From: Octopus vulgaris
Taxonomy: Eukaryota
Length of the DNA: 64,000 nt
Assembly (NCBI GenBank): GCA_951406725.2
Contig: OX597835.1
Location: 682,001-746,000, forward strand
Direction: 5' to 3'
The notes beneath the pieces are model-generated. The model was not told the DNA's origin, did not search any database, and worked only from the letters and a program-made list of their open reading frames with translations. The translations under genes were made by a program, and so were the position numbers. Within the stretch, counting starts at the first letter, position 1; every line of letters starts with the position of its first letter. Shown here one piece after another: positions 12,985 through 29,142 of this stretch.

Positions 12985-13248
12985 TGTGTGTTATTTTGTC
13001 CCCCATCACTGCTTGGCAGCCAGTGTTGGTGTGTTTTATGTCATCATAACTTGGTAGTTTGGCAAAAGAGACTGATAGAATAAGTACTAGGTTTAAGAGA
13101 GAAGTCCTGGTGTCGATTTGTTCTACTTAAACTCTTCAAGGCAATGCTCCAACATGGCCACAGTGAAATGATTGAAACAAGTAAAATAGTAAAAGAAATA
13201 TATTTTATTTAATGCTTTTTAAAATTATTTTTGTTATTTTCGTTTCAG

Positions 13249-13317
13249 TTGAGGGTTCCTGTCAAAGTTTCATTTCCCCTCAAAGGCAAACATGTTACTT
13301 GTAAAATACAGAAAAAG
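13249..13317 (+). CDS. NUDC: NudC exon 6 (LRVPVKVSFPLKGKHVTCKIQKK)
   Basis: tttcag acceptor, GTAAG donor, in phase; CS domain strand motif. Confidence 0.93.
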
Positions 13318-14198
13318 GTAAGACCGGAGATTGTTAGGCTGCCGTGATTTTTATTTTGTTCAAAAGATAAGATTTGAAGTGTTCCTTGAAAATGATTCAG
13401 TGGTCGTGTCACCCTTGAGAGAACATGGGGATGTAACAGCTGCAGGATTGCTAGTCATGACTTTGTGGCTGGCCTAGTTGGACCGCATCCAGTTTTAGTG
13501 TAGTTAAAATTACACAGGCTCTTCATGTGGTTAAGCTATTCACTTTGCAACCACATGGTTTTGGGTTCAGTCCAAGTGCACAAGTGGGAACTGACCCTGT
13601 TGTGTGTGCATTACACATGTGTCTTTGTGAATGTCTACATCCTACATGTTCCACATAAAAAAAAGCATTATACTACAAGTGGTGAAGTTTTTTTAACATT
13701 TTCTTGCCAACAGTTTGTCTACTGGCTCCATGCTTTTGAAGACGTAAAATAAAGAGATCCTTTACTTTGAAATAAGGTTAGTGGCAGGGAGGATATCCAA
13801 CAGCAAATACCTCAGTGATATAGATTCATTTAACTTATGCTATCATGAGAAACAACAGATGTGAAAACAAACAGTTTTGTGATATTTATTATGCAAATAG
13901 GGGTGTAACTTAAAGTTAACATAGTTGTTCCTTAAAAAGGAATACTGGGTGTTCAATAGAAATAAATCCTTTCAAGGCAATGCTCCAGCTTGGCTACAGT
14001 CCAATGGCTGAAACCAGTAAAAGATCTTACTAACATTTAAGTGAGTGTGGGAGGGGCATAAAGTCACAACTGCATCCCCTCTTAAAATCAGTAGATGTGA
14101 TTACTTGTGGTTGCTCTGGTCCAGTAATTTTTCTGTTATATAATTGTAGCTGTGATAATTTATAATAGTCTCTCTTGTTTTCTTCTCTCTCCCTACAG

Positions 14199-14324
14199 TA
14201 TCTAACAGTTGGAGTCCAAGGACAGCCACCAATCATTGATGGTGCTTTGTCAAAGGAAATCAAAATCGAAGAAAGTACCTGGACAATCGAAGACAATAAG
14301 AATATTGTTGTGAGCATGGACAAA
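14199..14324 (+). CDS. NUDC: NudC exon 7 (YLTVGVQGQPPIIDG…KIEESTWTIEDNKNIVVSMDK)
   Basis: ctacag acceptor, GTAAG donor; CS domain motif GQPxIIDGxL…EESxWxIED. Confidence 0.96.
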
Positions 14325-14479
14325 GTAAGATGTTGTTGCATTGACATAATTTCTCTTTTTTATCATAACTATTTATTCAATAATTAATTTTTTGTATCAT
14401 AAATAAAACTTCAAGATAAAGTGATTTAATGATTAAGGCATTGGACCACCTGTCAGGGAGCCAATAATATTGCTGCCTG

Positions 14480-14735
14480 TGTGGATTGGACGGAATTTCT
14501 TGAACTACAGCTGGATGCCCTTCCTGTTGCCAACCCTCACCAGTTTCCAATCAAGGTAATATTTCCCTATAGTCAGACACCTTTCCTACATATTGAGCAG
14601 GGCCATTTCCCTGACAGAAGGAGAGTCTTATCTTTTTTTTTGGTAACCACAACTTTGGTCTTTGCTAGGTTCAGTTTAAGGCCCTTTGATTCCAGGTTTA
14701 TTTTCCAATTCTGCTACCTTTCTAGGAGACCGTGT
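14480..14735 (-). mobile_element. Internally deleted RTE fragment
   Basis: LESKGLKLNLAKTKV…GKWPCSICRK piece joined to the 3' UTR motif ctacagctggatgcccttcc. Confidence 0.65.
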
Positions 14736-15001
14736 TTCCTTATCCTTCTGACCCTTTACCATTCACATTGTGTCAAATGTAAAGCTTATTTACTCACATT
14801 GTTTTGAATTAATCATGCATTATTTTGTAATTTTGCGAGCTTGGTGAGATAAGCTGTTAATTTCTAGAATGATAATGTAGGATTAGTGTGAGAGACTGGA
14901 TCTGGCCTGTTTGAACATAAAACAGCTAGAATATTTTGGCTTAAGGATTAAACTTTTAGTTGATATAATAGAATAATTTCTTCCATTTTCTGTATTTTTA
15001 G

Positions 15002-15085
15002 GTAAACAAGATGGAATGGTGGTCCAAACTTGTTGAAACTGACCCAGAAATTGACACTCAGAAAGTTCAACCTGAAAACTCCAAA
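15002..15085 (+). CDS. NUDC: NudC exon 8 ([28 protein letters not shown])
   Basis: TAG acceptor, GTAAG donor; NKMEWW…DPEIxTxKxxPENSK signature. Confidence 0.96.
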
Positions 15086-15600
15086 GTAAGACATTAGAAT
15101 ACTTTCTCCATAAACTTCTCGATTGTTAAATGGTGCAAATTTCTGTTTTGCTTAAAATTGTGTTTTGTTAAGTTAGATCAGCTCTGATTGAGCGAGTTTC
15201 AGGTGAATTCTAAAATAATCATGAATCTAGATTAGCTTCATTAAACAACTGTAACTTTTTCACTTATCAACATATTAATGTGATATTTGGAACATAATTG
15301 AAGAAAGGCTTCTTAATCAATTCTATTGCATAACTCCTGTCTCAAAGTGACTAATTACAGGTAAATCCAGGTAAACTGAGCAAAATATAGAAATATTAAA
15401 ATTTTGTTTAAACATGACTTAGAAAAAATGAGTCATCAGCTAATGTTCAATTGGGTTTGCAAGAAAATTTTAATATAGCAGAATTGTGCACATCACTAGA
15501 TTATCAGTTGAATTTGATGCACAGAACAGGTGGACCATAAAGGTAAAATAAACTGAAATACTGGAATTTGTTTTTGAAGAAAATTAAATACATCAACTAA

Positions 15601-18490
15601 TCATCATCATTTAGCTTCCGCTTTCCATGCTAGCATGGGTTGGGCGGTTCAACTGGGGTTTGGGAAGCCAGAAGGCTGCACCAGGCCCAGTCTGATCTGG
15701 CAATGTTTCTATGGCTGGATGCCCTTCCTAACGCCAACCACTCCGTGAGTGTAGTGGGTGCTTTTTACGTGCCAGGTGAGGCTGGCAAACGGCCACGATC
15801 GGATGGTGCTTTTTATGTTCCACCGGCACGGGGGCCAGGCGTGCTGGCAACGGCCACGTTTGGATGGTGCTTTTTACATGCCACCAGCACTGGTATCACA
15901 GCTACAGTTTCCATTGATGTTGATCGATTTTGATTTTCACTTGCCTCAACAGGTCTTCACAAGTAGAGTTTTGTATCCCAAGAAGGAAAGGTATGCATAA
16001 GTGGACTGGCTACGTCCCATGTAGAGGCCACAGGTTATGGTCTCACTTGTCCTACCGGGTCTTCTCAAGCACAGCATACTTCCATAGGTCTCGGTCTCTA
16101 GTCATTTCCTTGGTGAGACCTAAAGTTCGAAGGTCGTGCTTCACCACCTCGTCCCAGGTTTTCCTGGGTCTGGCTCTTCCACAGGTTCCCTCAACTGCTA
16201 GGGTGTGGCACTTTTTCACACAACTATCTTCATCCATTCTTGTCACATGACCATACCAGCGCAAACGTCTCTCTTGCACACCACAACTGATGCTTCTTAG
16301 GTCCAACATTTCTCTCAGGGTACTTACACTCTGTCGAGTATGCACACTGACATTACACATCCATCGGAGCATACTGGCTTCATTTCTTGCGAGCTTACGC
16401 ATATCCTCAGCAGTCACGGCCCATGTTTCACTACCATGTAGCATGGCTGTTCGTACATGTGTCATACAGTCTGCCTTTTACTCTGAGCGAGAGGCCTTTT
16501 GTCACCAGCAGAGGTAAGAGCTCTCTCAACTTTGCCCAGGCTATTCTTTAGCAGTTACACTTTCAATACACCCACCCCACTGACTTGGTCACCTAGGTAA
16601 CGGAAGCTATCAACTATTTCTAGTTTTTCTCCCTGGAAAGTGGTGGAAGTTGGTCTCTGCACATTTTCAGTGTTTATTGCTCCTAAGCATCTGCCACATA
16701 TAAAAACTATTTTCCTAGTTAGCCTTCCTTTGACATTGCTGCACCTCTTAAGTGTCCATAGCTTACACTTGGTGCACCTTATAGAGTTTCTACCTACGCC
16801 TTTACTACAGATTGAGCAGGGCCATCTACCTGAAGGCATTTGTGGTTTGTCTACCTTCCTACTTATTAGGACTTTTGTTTTAGCTAGGTTGACTCTAAGG
16901 CCCTTCGATTCTAATCCTTGCTTCCACACCTGAAACTTCTCCAGTTCTGATAGTGACACAGCAATTAGAACAAGGTCATCAGCATAGAGGAGCTCCCAGG
17001 GGCATCCTGTCTTGAATTCCTCTGTTATTGCCTGGAGGGGGCTGAGGACTGAACCTTGGTGGACCCCTACCTCTACCCGGAATTCTTCACTGTACTCGTT
17101 GCCAACCCTCACCTTACTAGCAGTGTCCCCGTACATGGCTCACACAGCTCTCACTAACCATTCATCTATCCCTAGTTTCCTCATTGACCACCAGATAAGG
17201 GATAGGGGGACCCTGTCGAAGGCTTTCTCCATGTCATCAAAAGCCAGGTACAGGGGCTTATCTTTGGCTAGGTATTTCTCCTGCAGCTGTCTTACCAGGA
17301 ATATAGCATCAGTGGTACTTTTCCCTGGCATGAACCCAAACTGCATCTTATCTAAACTAACTCTCTCTCTAATTAGTTGGGCTATAACCCTCTCTGTAAC
17401 CTTCATTACCTTATCCAACGGCTTGATACCTCTGTAGTTATATGTATCTAGAGCGTCAACTTTACCTTTGTAGCAGTTGACTATTATGCTGCTACACCAG
17501 TCATTGGGTATGACTCCTTCGTGTATCACCTGGTTAACTATACAGGTGACTAGGCTATAGCCGACACTACCAGATATTTTGAGCATATCTGCAGTAATTC
17601 CTGATGGGCCTGGGGCTTTCCCTGTCTTCATGCTTCTAATTGCCTTAACTACCAAGGAACTGTCAACTCGGATAGCTGGTCCCTCTGTTTGGTCGACATT
17701 CGGCAGACTCTCTTTATCCCATTCATTTTCTTTATTCAGCAACCTTTCATAGTGGCGTCTCCAAACCTCTCTCTTTGCATCCTCATTTAGCGCAAATGAA
17801 CCATCATCCATGCGAACACATTTCTCTCCTACCACATCATGATTCTCTCTCACACACTGTCTTGCAATACGAAATACCTCAAGTCTTTCATCCTCACAGA
17901 GCAGAACATTGGCAAATTTTTTCTTATTTGCTTCCCCTCTGGCTAAATACACCTGCCTCCTAGCTTCCCTTCTGGCAGTCTGATACACTTCCCTGCTACC
18001 ACCGTTCTTCCAGTCCTTCCAAGCCTGTTTCTTTTGTCTAATAGCCCTGTCAACAATATTGTTCCACCACCACGTTATTTTAGGTCTTGAGGGGACTTTG
18101 CACCAACCACAGATCTGGTCAGTGGCTCTCAGCAGGTTGTCCCTTAGAGACCTCCAGTTGTCTTCTACCCCATGTGAAGCTATATCCCCTTCTATTTCGT
18201 CAAAGGCTTCAAGTAATATGTCCCTAAATCTCTGTCCATTTGCAGGATCTTTAAGCTTCCAGATCCTTCTTCTCCATGTTGGTCGTCCTCTTAGTCCTGA
18301 TCCTAAAGTCACTAACTACCAGTCTATGTTGTGGGGTACATTCTTCGCCTGGGAAGGTTTTGGCATTTATAAGCAGCCATCTTTCCCTTTTTCTGGCAAG
18401 GATGTAGTCGATTTGGCTAGTATGTCGCCCCGATTGGTAGGTGACTAGGTGGCTGGTAGGTTTCCTGAAGTTAGTGTTGCAAACCATAAG
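15601..18490 (-). mobile_element. RTE-clade LINE, 5'-truncated and disrupted (APE endonuclease end + RT + 3' UTR + (GAT)n tail)
   Basis: SQIDYIL, KAPGPSGI, NYRGIK, QFGFMPGKSTTDAIF, KAFDRVP, GVHQGSVLSP, LLYADDLVL, LHGSETW, RRLRWYGHV; stop and frameshifts; inside NudC intron 8. Confidence 0.95.
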
Positions 18491-19801
18491 ATTATAACTA
18501 AATGAAATATATTCACACACATACATGAATACACATATAATAAAGATTTACAATAGAAATTACATCAAAACTTGTCACTTACCTTACAGGCAAATTAAAA
18601 TTACAGGTAAATTAAAATCACAAGTAAATAAAAAGTAAAACAAAGTAAATTTGAAAACCATTTATACAATCTAATCATACATCATCATCATCATCAACGT
18701 TTAACGTCCGTTTTCCGCGCTAGCACGGGTTGACAATATTCACTCAATATTTCTGTGATGGAAAGTTGTAAAACATCCCACTCGACATACTGCAACCTTG
18801 CAAAGAAGTTTCAACTGTCTGTCCATTGGGGGTTTTTCTTTGTTGATGATTTAGATATTCACGGCACTGCTTTTTGCGACCCCCGGTTTTTTTTCTAATT
18901 TATGGAGATCGGCTGAACTCAGAGGGACATCTCTCTGGCAGGTTTTGCTTTTCCTTCCTGCATTTATTTATTTATTTTTTTCTGGAGGAATAACCTGTCC
19001 TCAACTGCGTTGCTACATCTGCCAGGTGTGTTTAGGTCTCTGTAACTTAGTGGTTTGACAAAAGATACTAATAGAATAAGTACCAGGCATAAAAAAAAGT
19101 ATTGGGGTCAATTCGTTCAACTAAAAAAATTCAAGGTGGTGCCCCAGTATGGCCACAAGTAAAAGGTAAGCTGACTCATCCTCATTATCCTTGTGACCCT
19201 TTTTACTTAATATGCTGGCATGGGTTGGATGTGATTTCTGTAAACAGTATTCCATGGGAAGGGGTCTTTATGGATGTTAACCCTTATTCCACTTGTCTAT
19301 TATGTATGACAAACTGCTGAACATGACATCCACCGCTGCTCACGCAGCGTCAGTAGGAAAACACACTCAGTCACTGACTCTTCATACAGTTTCCATCTAT
19401 CAAATTTCACTCAGAAGGCATTGTGCAGTCTAATGCTACAATAGCAGACACTTGCCTCCTCCAAGGTGCCACAGTGAGAAATCCTAAAAGCACATGGACT
19501 TGTTACTAATGATTGTTGTAAAATACATATTTGGAATAAAATGAAAAGAGTTTAAAATTTTCAGCCAATGGAATCTTGTGAATTTTTAAATTCATTTTCC
19601 TCTTCTCTTTTTGCATAGTCTCAATAATAATAATAATAATAATAATAATTCATCCAAATTTTGGCACAAGGCAAGTAGTTTTGGGGGGAAGAGTGAGTTG
19701 ATTACCTTGATCTCAGTACTTGACTGGTACTTAGTGTAAAATGTATAGATTTATCGTATATTTTTGGTGTAGCTTTTTTTTCTTAAATGTGTAAGAAATG
19801 A

Positions 19802-19969
<168 letters not shown>

Positions 19970-22393
19970 TAAGTTGTTTTTTGTAAAAAGAAATATTGAA
20001 ATCATTATCATCTTTCTTTGGTTGTTGATGTTGTTGTTGGCCTTAATCAAGCAGGCCAATAACCAAAGGTAATCCAGCCATGAACATCCTGTCTTAAGAA
20101 AATGCCTAGGCCTGCATTATCTTATGTGTGTTCTACATTTAACAGGTTGAGTACTTGTGTAGAGAATCCTTGGTGTTTTAAGCTTCAGTGAGTTGAATAA
20201 GTCCAGAAATCAACATTTATTGATGGATTTTCATTCAGATCATCTTGTCTGCAAAGCCCCATGTTCCTAGATCATGTTGTAGCTGTTTATTGTATTTTTA
20301 CCACCACCACCACCACCTCATCACCCTTCCTCACACAACCAGCATTGATTAACTTATTCTTCATGACTGTGCAACATACCTCTTACCTGTGTCTCCTTTT
20401 CTTTTACTGTCAATACTTCTGTATCACCGCTTCTCAAAGTGGGCCGTACCATCTCCAAGGGTAAGGAGAAAATTTTATATGGTGACGAAGAAGGACACAT
20501 CTGTTAATTGCCCTAATTTTCAAAAACATTTTCAATTTTATTACTACATGGGAATCACCAGCTTCTGTTAAGTGATGATGTTTCTGCCATTCCATTTTTA
20601 TATTGATGAAATGACTTATTGGAGCAAGTAGTCTTTTAATGGGGATCAACAGGTTGGCAGCAGCAAATGTTTGTAGCATGTTTAATTCTGTTGAATTATA
20701 ACAACGTGTTGAAATAGTAAAAGGGAAAGAGGGTGATAGTTAATAAAATTAGAGAAGCACTGCTCTATAATTTTCAGGCTTGCAGATTTCTACTTACTAC
20801 TTGTTCCCCTTTTGTCTTCCTTTTGCTGTTTATAGTTCATCTGTTATCTTTAATTTTTTTTGTTCCATATCAGACTGCCAGAGATCCAATAGTATATTAT
20901 TTTTGTGTATCCATTGTCCACTCCCCGCTTCTCTATCTCTGAAGAGCTATAGATGATCAAGTTGATAAACTGTTGATTTATCAGTTGAAATATGGCTAGT
21001 CCTTATTCTGTTGCTGGTCCTCTGCTATGTCTGTAACCATGAAACTAAAATTTCTAATGGCATTATTCACTCCTCAGTGTAAGCAAACCCTAGCTTCTGC
21101 AACCTCTTTTTTTGAACACTTAATTTCCATATTCATAGTTTTCGTTTCGCTGATTGTTCATAAACTTGCCTTCATAAAATCTTTTAGAAACAGCATATTT
21201 CTGTCTCTTGGTTTATATTTTATTATGGAACATAAACTATAAACTAACTCCTTCACACTGGAATCAGTTACCTAGTTTCCTTCTTTTGTATATAAACTTC
21301 CGCCAGAAGTTAGTCACAATGACTAATCTATATTGTGATGGATGTTTGCTTCCCAACCACATCATTTTTAGGTTTGATAGTGCTGCCATGACATCTTGTG
21401 CAAGTGTCTATTACTATTTTTTCAGCCTGGAACCATTCAACACCCTCATACATTTATATTTATTGTATAAAGGATCGTGAGTCAGGCCAAAACAATGCAA
21501 AGTAAATCACAAGAAAACAAATATGTGAATTATTGTAAACTTAACTTGTATTCAATATTCCGGGGTTATGATCCCATTAAAAAAAAACCCCAGCTAGCTC
21601 CCTGTTACTCTCATCTGTTGTTGATCTTCGGTTTCTTTTGGTGTATGAGGGTGGCTTCAGAGATTCTGAGGTTGCCCCCCCCGTTTCACTGTGTTGTCTT
21701 GATGTGGCACTCTATCGATTATGACAATGAGGGTTCCAATTGATCTGATCAATAGAACAACCTGCTCGTGAAATTAACATAAATGTGGGTGAACATTGCA
21801 CTCAATGTAGTTCTCAGAGAGATTCACTGTGACACAGTAACGAGGCTGGCCCTTTGAAATACATTGCACTGCTCATTTTTGCCAGCTGAGTGGATTGGAG
21901 AGAGATGAAATAAAGTATCTTGCTCAAGGAGACAATGTGTCACTGGGAATTGAACTCATGAACTGAGTGCTCTAACTAAAGCCTTATAAGTGGATTTGGT
22001 AAATGGATAACGAAAGAAACCTGCTGTATGTTTGACATTGCATGAAAGTGGTAAATGGAGCCTCACCATCATGTAAGTGGGATCATTCATTTCCAATCTT
22101 CCAGAAAAAGTTGTCTGGCCACAGGGAAATATTACATTGCTTGGAAAACAAGGCAAGAGTGATGGTAACAGGAAGGTCATCTACCTTGATGATCTCTGAC
22201 CCATGCAAACCTGAAAAACGATGATGATGATGCAGGGAAGTACAATCTTTGCTAGGCTTTGTAGTGGCCTGGGAGTGATACACAAATGATTGTGGTAACA
22301 AATTGATCTAACAGTTTTGAAGTGTCATAAACATTGTAACTTCATTCACACTTTGCAATTGTTTTATTTATTTATTTTTTCTTTCTTTGATAG

Positions 22394-22445
22394 ATTCCAA
22401 CAACAACATCCTGAAATGGACTTTTCAAAATGTAAATTTTCTTAA
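22394..22445 (+). CDS. NUDC: NudC terminal coding exon 10 (FQQQHPEMDFSKCKFS*)
   Basis: TAG acceptor, phase matches exon 9, HPEMDFS signature, TAA stop; spliced total 329 aa. Confidence 0.96.
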
Positions 22446-22638
22446 GCTTTCATTCCATCAACTAAACTATCTTGCGGCTGCCTTACTCCAACACTGACCA
22501 CAACCAGTAAGGCAAAATATTCTATATTAATTTCTAAGAAAGAAAAACACAAATCCCATAGAAATAAGCATTCTCCCTAGACCTTTATTTTCTTTTGAAA
22601 TGTCCTATATTTGCTTGTTTTGAATATTTTACTGTTCA

Positions 22639-22644
22639 ATTAAA
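22639..22644 (+). promoter_or_regulatory. Candidate NudC polyadenylation signal (ATTAAA)
   Basis: Variant hexamer ~195 nt after the stop, with T-rich sequence further downstream. Confidence 0.4.
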
Positions 22645-24207
22645 ACATTCATTGAAAATATATTCAAGGACTTAATTTTTCTCTAAACTCAAATTTCTGA
22701 TTTGTTTTACAAATATTTGATTATTTTCAACGTTCAGGTTGTGAAGTTATTTAACCCTAGGACAGTTTTGAATGAGCTGTCCATAGAACATCATAATGCC
22801 TCAACAGAATTTCATTTGACCCATGCAAACATAGCAAATAGAAATGCAAACGGTTTAACTACATGACTGGGTGTTGTCCACTGAGCCACCTTGCTCAGCT
22901 GAGAATCATGAAGCAGTGATGAATCCCTCAAGTTGGAGATGATGTCTCTCATCAAGGTGCAACAATTACACTTCCAGTACACTTATTGCATGTAGTCTGC
23001 ACTGCTGCCAAATGTTTGGGGACCGTGGTGGGTATTGCAGCTTTTTGTGTATTTTCTTTGTATAGATTGAGTGGGAAGATGGTTTTAAAGTGCATGTGAA
23101 CCCATGCACCTTGATCTTTCAAAGGTAGTTTTTCGTTTATTAAAGTGGTTTTTCATATAGTAAAGGTCTTTCATTTTTTTTTTCTTAGTATTTTGGGGTT
23201 TCAGCACAAAACTAGCAAGGAGTTAACATATCGGTATGTTATTGGCCTCGAGAATGTAAAAGAGCTTTGAGAAATGCTCTAACGATTCTGCCAGCTCACC
23301 ATCTTGTTTAATAATAGAATTCTTTTTCACAGGATCATAAATTACCAAGAGAAAAAAAAAGTCACAAATGCAAACTATTTATCAAGTCTTTAATAGAAAA
23401 ATAACAAATTTTTGTATGTTTTGCATCGAACTTGAAGTGAAAACAACAGGGTTGAGGAATGGGGTCCTAAAATATAGTTTAACTTTAATACTTTTTTTTT
23501 TTTCTGGGGTAATTATAGAGAGAGAAAGGAGTTTTATTCTTTTCAGCAGTTTTTATTTACAGAGTAATTAAAAATTTTTTGATTTTGATAAGATTTAGTG
23601 ACAATCTAAATAAAACACACCAATTATTAAATAAAAACAATCTTCATTTCTGAAAGCTTTTTATAAATTTAAAATAAAAAAAAAAATTAAGCTCTTTTTC
23701 TTTCATTAGATTATTTTGTATATTTTCTTTTCATAAAAAATAAAATAATCAACCAAGTAACAATTTTTGATTTGGAAAACAATTTTTTTTTTTTTTTTTT
23801 TCTCTCATCCATTTCAAAACCCTAGAATAATAAACTCTGCAAAAGTATAAAGAATCATGAAATTTTATGTTTCATATTTGGAAAAATTGTTCGCATCACA
23901 AGGGTGGGGCAAATAAAACAAACAAACTAGCCTTTTCTCTGGTGTAAACTATTATTATTGTATGCCTCGTCTGATTTAAATAGTTTTAAAACTCATGATG
24001 ACAGGTTGGAGGGGGGAGAATTTTCACACCTGATTGCTCGACATTCCAGTCGAACTCTTTGTACAGAACTGGAGAATTGCTAACACTGCCTGATAATTGC
24101 CATCTTCAAAAAATATTCCTCCAGTAGAATGATTGGATATGTCTGCAACTGTGCATAGGGAGGGGTAGATAGGGGTGGAAGGAAGGTACCAGAAGAAATT
24201 CTGTCTT

Positions 24208-24333
24208 TCACCCACTGGTGTGATTAATGATGGGTGAGCCAATAGGAGAAGTACTTCGAGGAGAGTTTGGTAAGGAGAAGTCCTTGAATGAACTTTCTAG
24301 AAGTGGGCGAAGTCCACACCATACTTTGGATAG
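24208..24333 (-). CDS. Candidate terminal exon (Ser/Pro-rich, LSKVWCGLRPLLESSFKDFSLPNSPRSTSPIGSPIINHTSG*), possibly the cadherin cytoplasmic tail
   Basis: Good acceptor (ttctatcatttcag), non-repetitive GC-richer island, UTR-like AT-rich sequence downstream; frame and gene assignment uncertain because of the gap. Confidence 0.35.
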   Translation of the reverse strand, partial: LSKVWCGLRPLLESSFKDFSLPNSPRSTSPIGSPIINHTSG

Positions 24334-24548
24334 CTGAAATGATAGAAATTGAAATATCAGAGCAATTGAAAAGTATAGAAACATTACATTCAAAATTGCA
24401 TCAAATCAAAAAGAAAAAAAAAACAAACAACTTCTCAACCACATGGTTCTGGGTTCAGTCCTACAATGTAGAACCATGGGCAAGTGTCTTCCATCATAGC
24501 CTCAGGCCCACCAAAGATTTGGTAGACGAACACTAAACAAGCCCGTCT

Positions 24549-27553
<3,005 letters not shown>

Positions 27554-27653
27554 NNNNNNNNNNNNNNNNNNNNNNNNNNNNNNNNNNNNNNNNNNNNNNN
27601 NNNNNNNNNNNNNNNNNNNNNNNNNNNNNNNNNNNNNNNNNNNNNNNNNNNNN
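27554..27653. other. Assembly gap (100 N)
   Basis: Exactly 100 N, a typical unknown-size scaffold join. Confidence 0.99.
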
Positions 27654-28215
27654 ACACACACACAAGATCTGATGGTACTCACATAGTAAGGGAAGTAAAT
27701 AATAAAGTACGGTAGGTAGGGGGAGGTAATCAAATAGTAGGAGAAGTAATAAAATAATAGAGGGGAGGTAATCAAATACTATTTTAAGGGAAGTTAAAAT
27801 AGTTGGGTATGCACTAAAATAGGGGGAGAGATAATAAAGTAGCGGTAGAGGTAAAACACCGTAGAGAAGGTAATCAAACAGTAAAGTATGGTAGGTAATA
27901 AAATAGCAAAAGCAGGGGAATAAAATACTACAGGAGGTAATCAAATAGTAATTTAGGCGGATGTAGTAAAAAAGAAAGGTAGTTAATAAACGGTAATGCA
28001 TGGTAGGTAATAGAGTGGTAGGGGAGGTGACAGAATATTAACGAATGGTATGTTATAAATGGTATGTTATAAAAAGGAGAATGCTGCAATTGTAGAGGAA
28101 GCTGGGAGTGAACTAAGAGCATAAAGAACTATGAAAATGCAAGGTGTTCTAAATGTTCTCAGCCAAATTGCCACCTTATTGGAGTGGGTGATCTTCAGTT
28201 AGGTGTAAGTCTTAC

Positions 28216-28302
28216 CTGTTAACATCTGCTCGATTCTTTCTGTCTATATGCACCTGGATATGATCTATAACAATCTGTAAATCTAGAAGCTTACTCAGAT
28301 TC
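28216..28302 (-). CDS. Cadherin exon, membrane-adjacent domain (NLSKLLDLQIVIDHIQVHIDRKNRADVN)
   Basis: tttcag/GTAAG sites, phase 2/2; resembles the CDH23 MAD segment as I recall it (LLSNITGAIVNTDNVQFHVDKKGRVN). Confidence 0.8.
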
Positions 28303-28839
28303 CTGAAATGGATAAAAGTGGTACAGTTCATATCACAGTAATACTCATTCACAACTACCCCATAATATCAAGACAAGAGGCTACACACACACACACACAC
28401 ACACCTGTTAATAATACAAAATAATTCAGAAGATATATAGAGAAATCAAAAGTCTGAATTTTCCAAAGGAAATGAGAGAATACTGCACATCTTGGATTTT
28501 TGTGTGCATTTATGTATGTATGTATGTGTGTGTGTGTGTATATGTATATATATATATATGTATATATATAAGGTGATCGAAAGGAATGGATGAAGCAGTT
28601 ATTCACTACATTACAAAAATTCAAGGAATCCATACCATTCTATACTGTTCCATCATTTTATTTTGCATCTCATCTTTGGTAAATGATATCACAAAACAAG
28701 CAAAGTGTGTTCCATGCATTTCTGATTATTGCTTCCATCATATTTCTAATACAAGCCTGCACATACTTAGAGGCTAAACAACTATTTTGCCATGATTGAT
28801 TGGATCCTAACAACACACACACACACACAAATATATAAT

Positions 28840-29142
28840 CTTTTACTTGATTCAGTTATTTGATTGTGGCCATGCTGGAGCACAGCCTTTAGTTGAGCAA
28901 ATCGACCCAGGACTTATTCTTTGTAAGCATAGTACTTATTCTATCTGTCTCTTTTGCCGAACCGCTAAGTTACAGGGACGTAAACACACCACCATCGGTT
29001 GTCAAGCGATGTTGAGAAGACAAGCACAGACATGCACAAACATATACACACACACACATACATACATATAAATATATATATACAATGGGCTTCTTTCAGT
29101 TTCCATCTACCAAATCCACTCACAAGGCTTTGGTCAGCCTGA
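28840..29142 (-). mobile_element. SINE family A, 5'-truncated
   Basis: Matches body and tail of family A. Confidence 0.8.
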
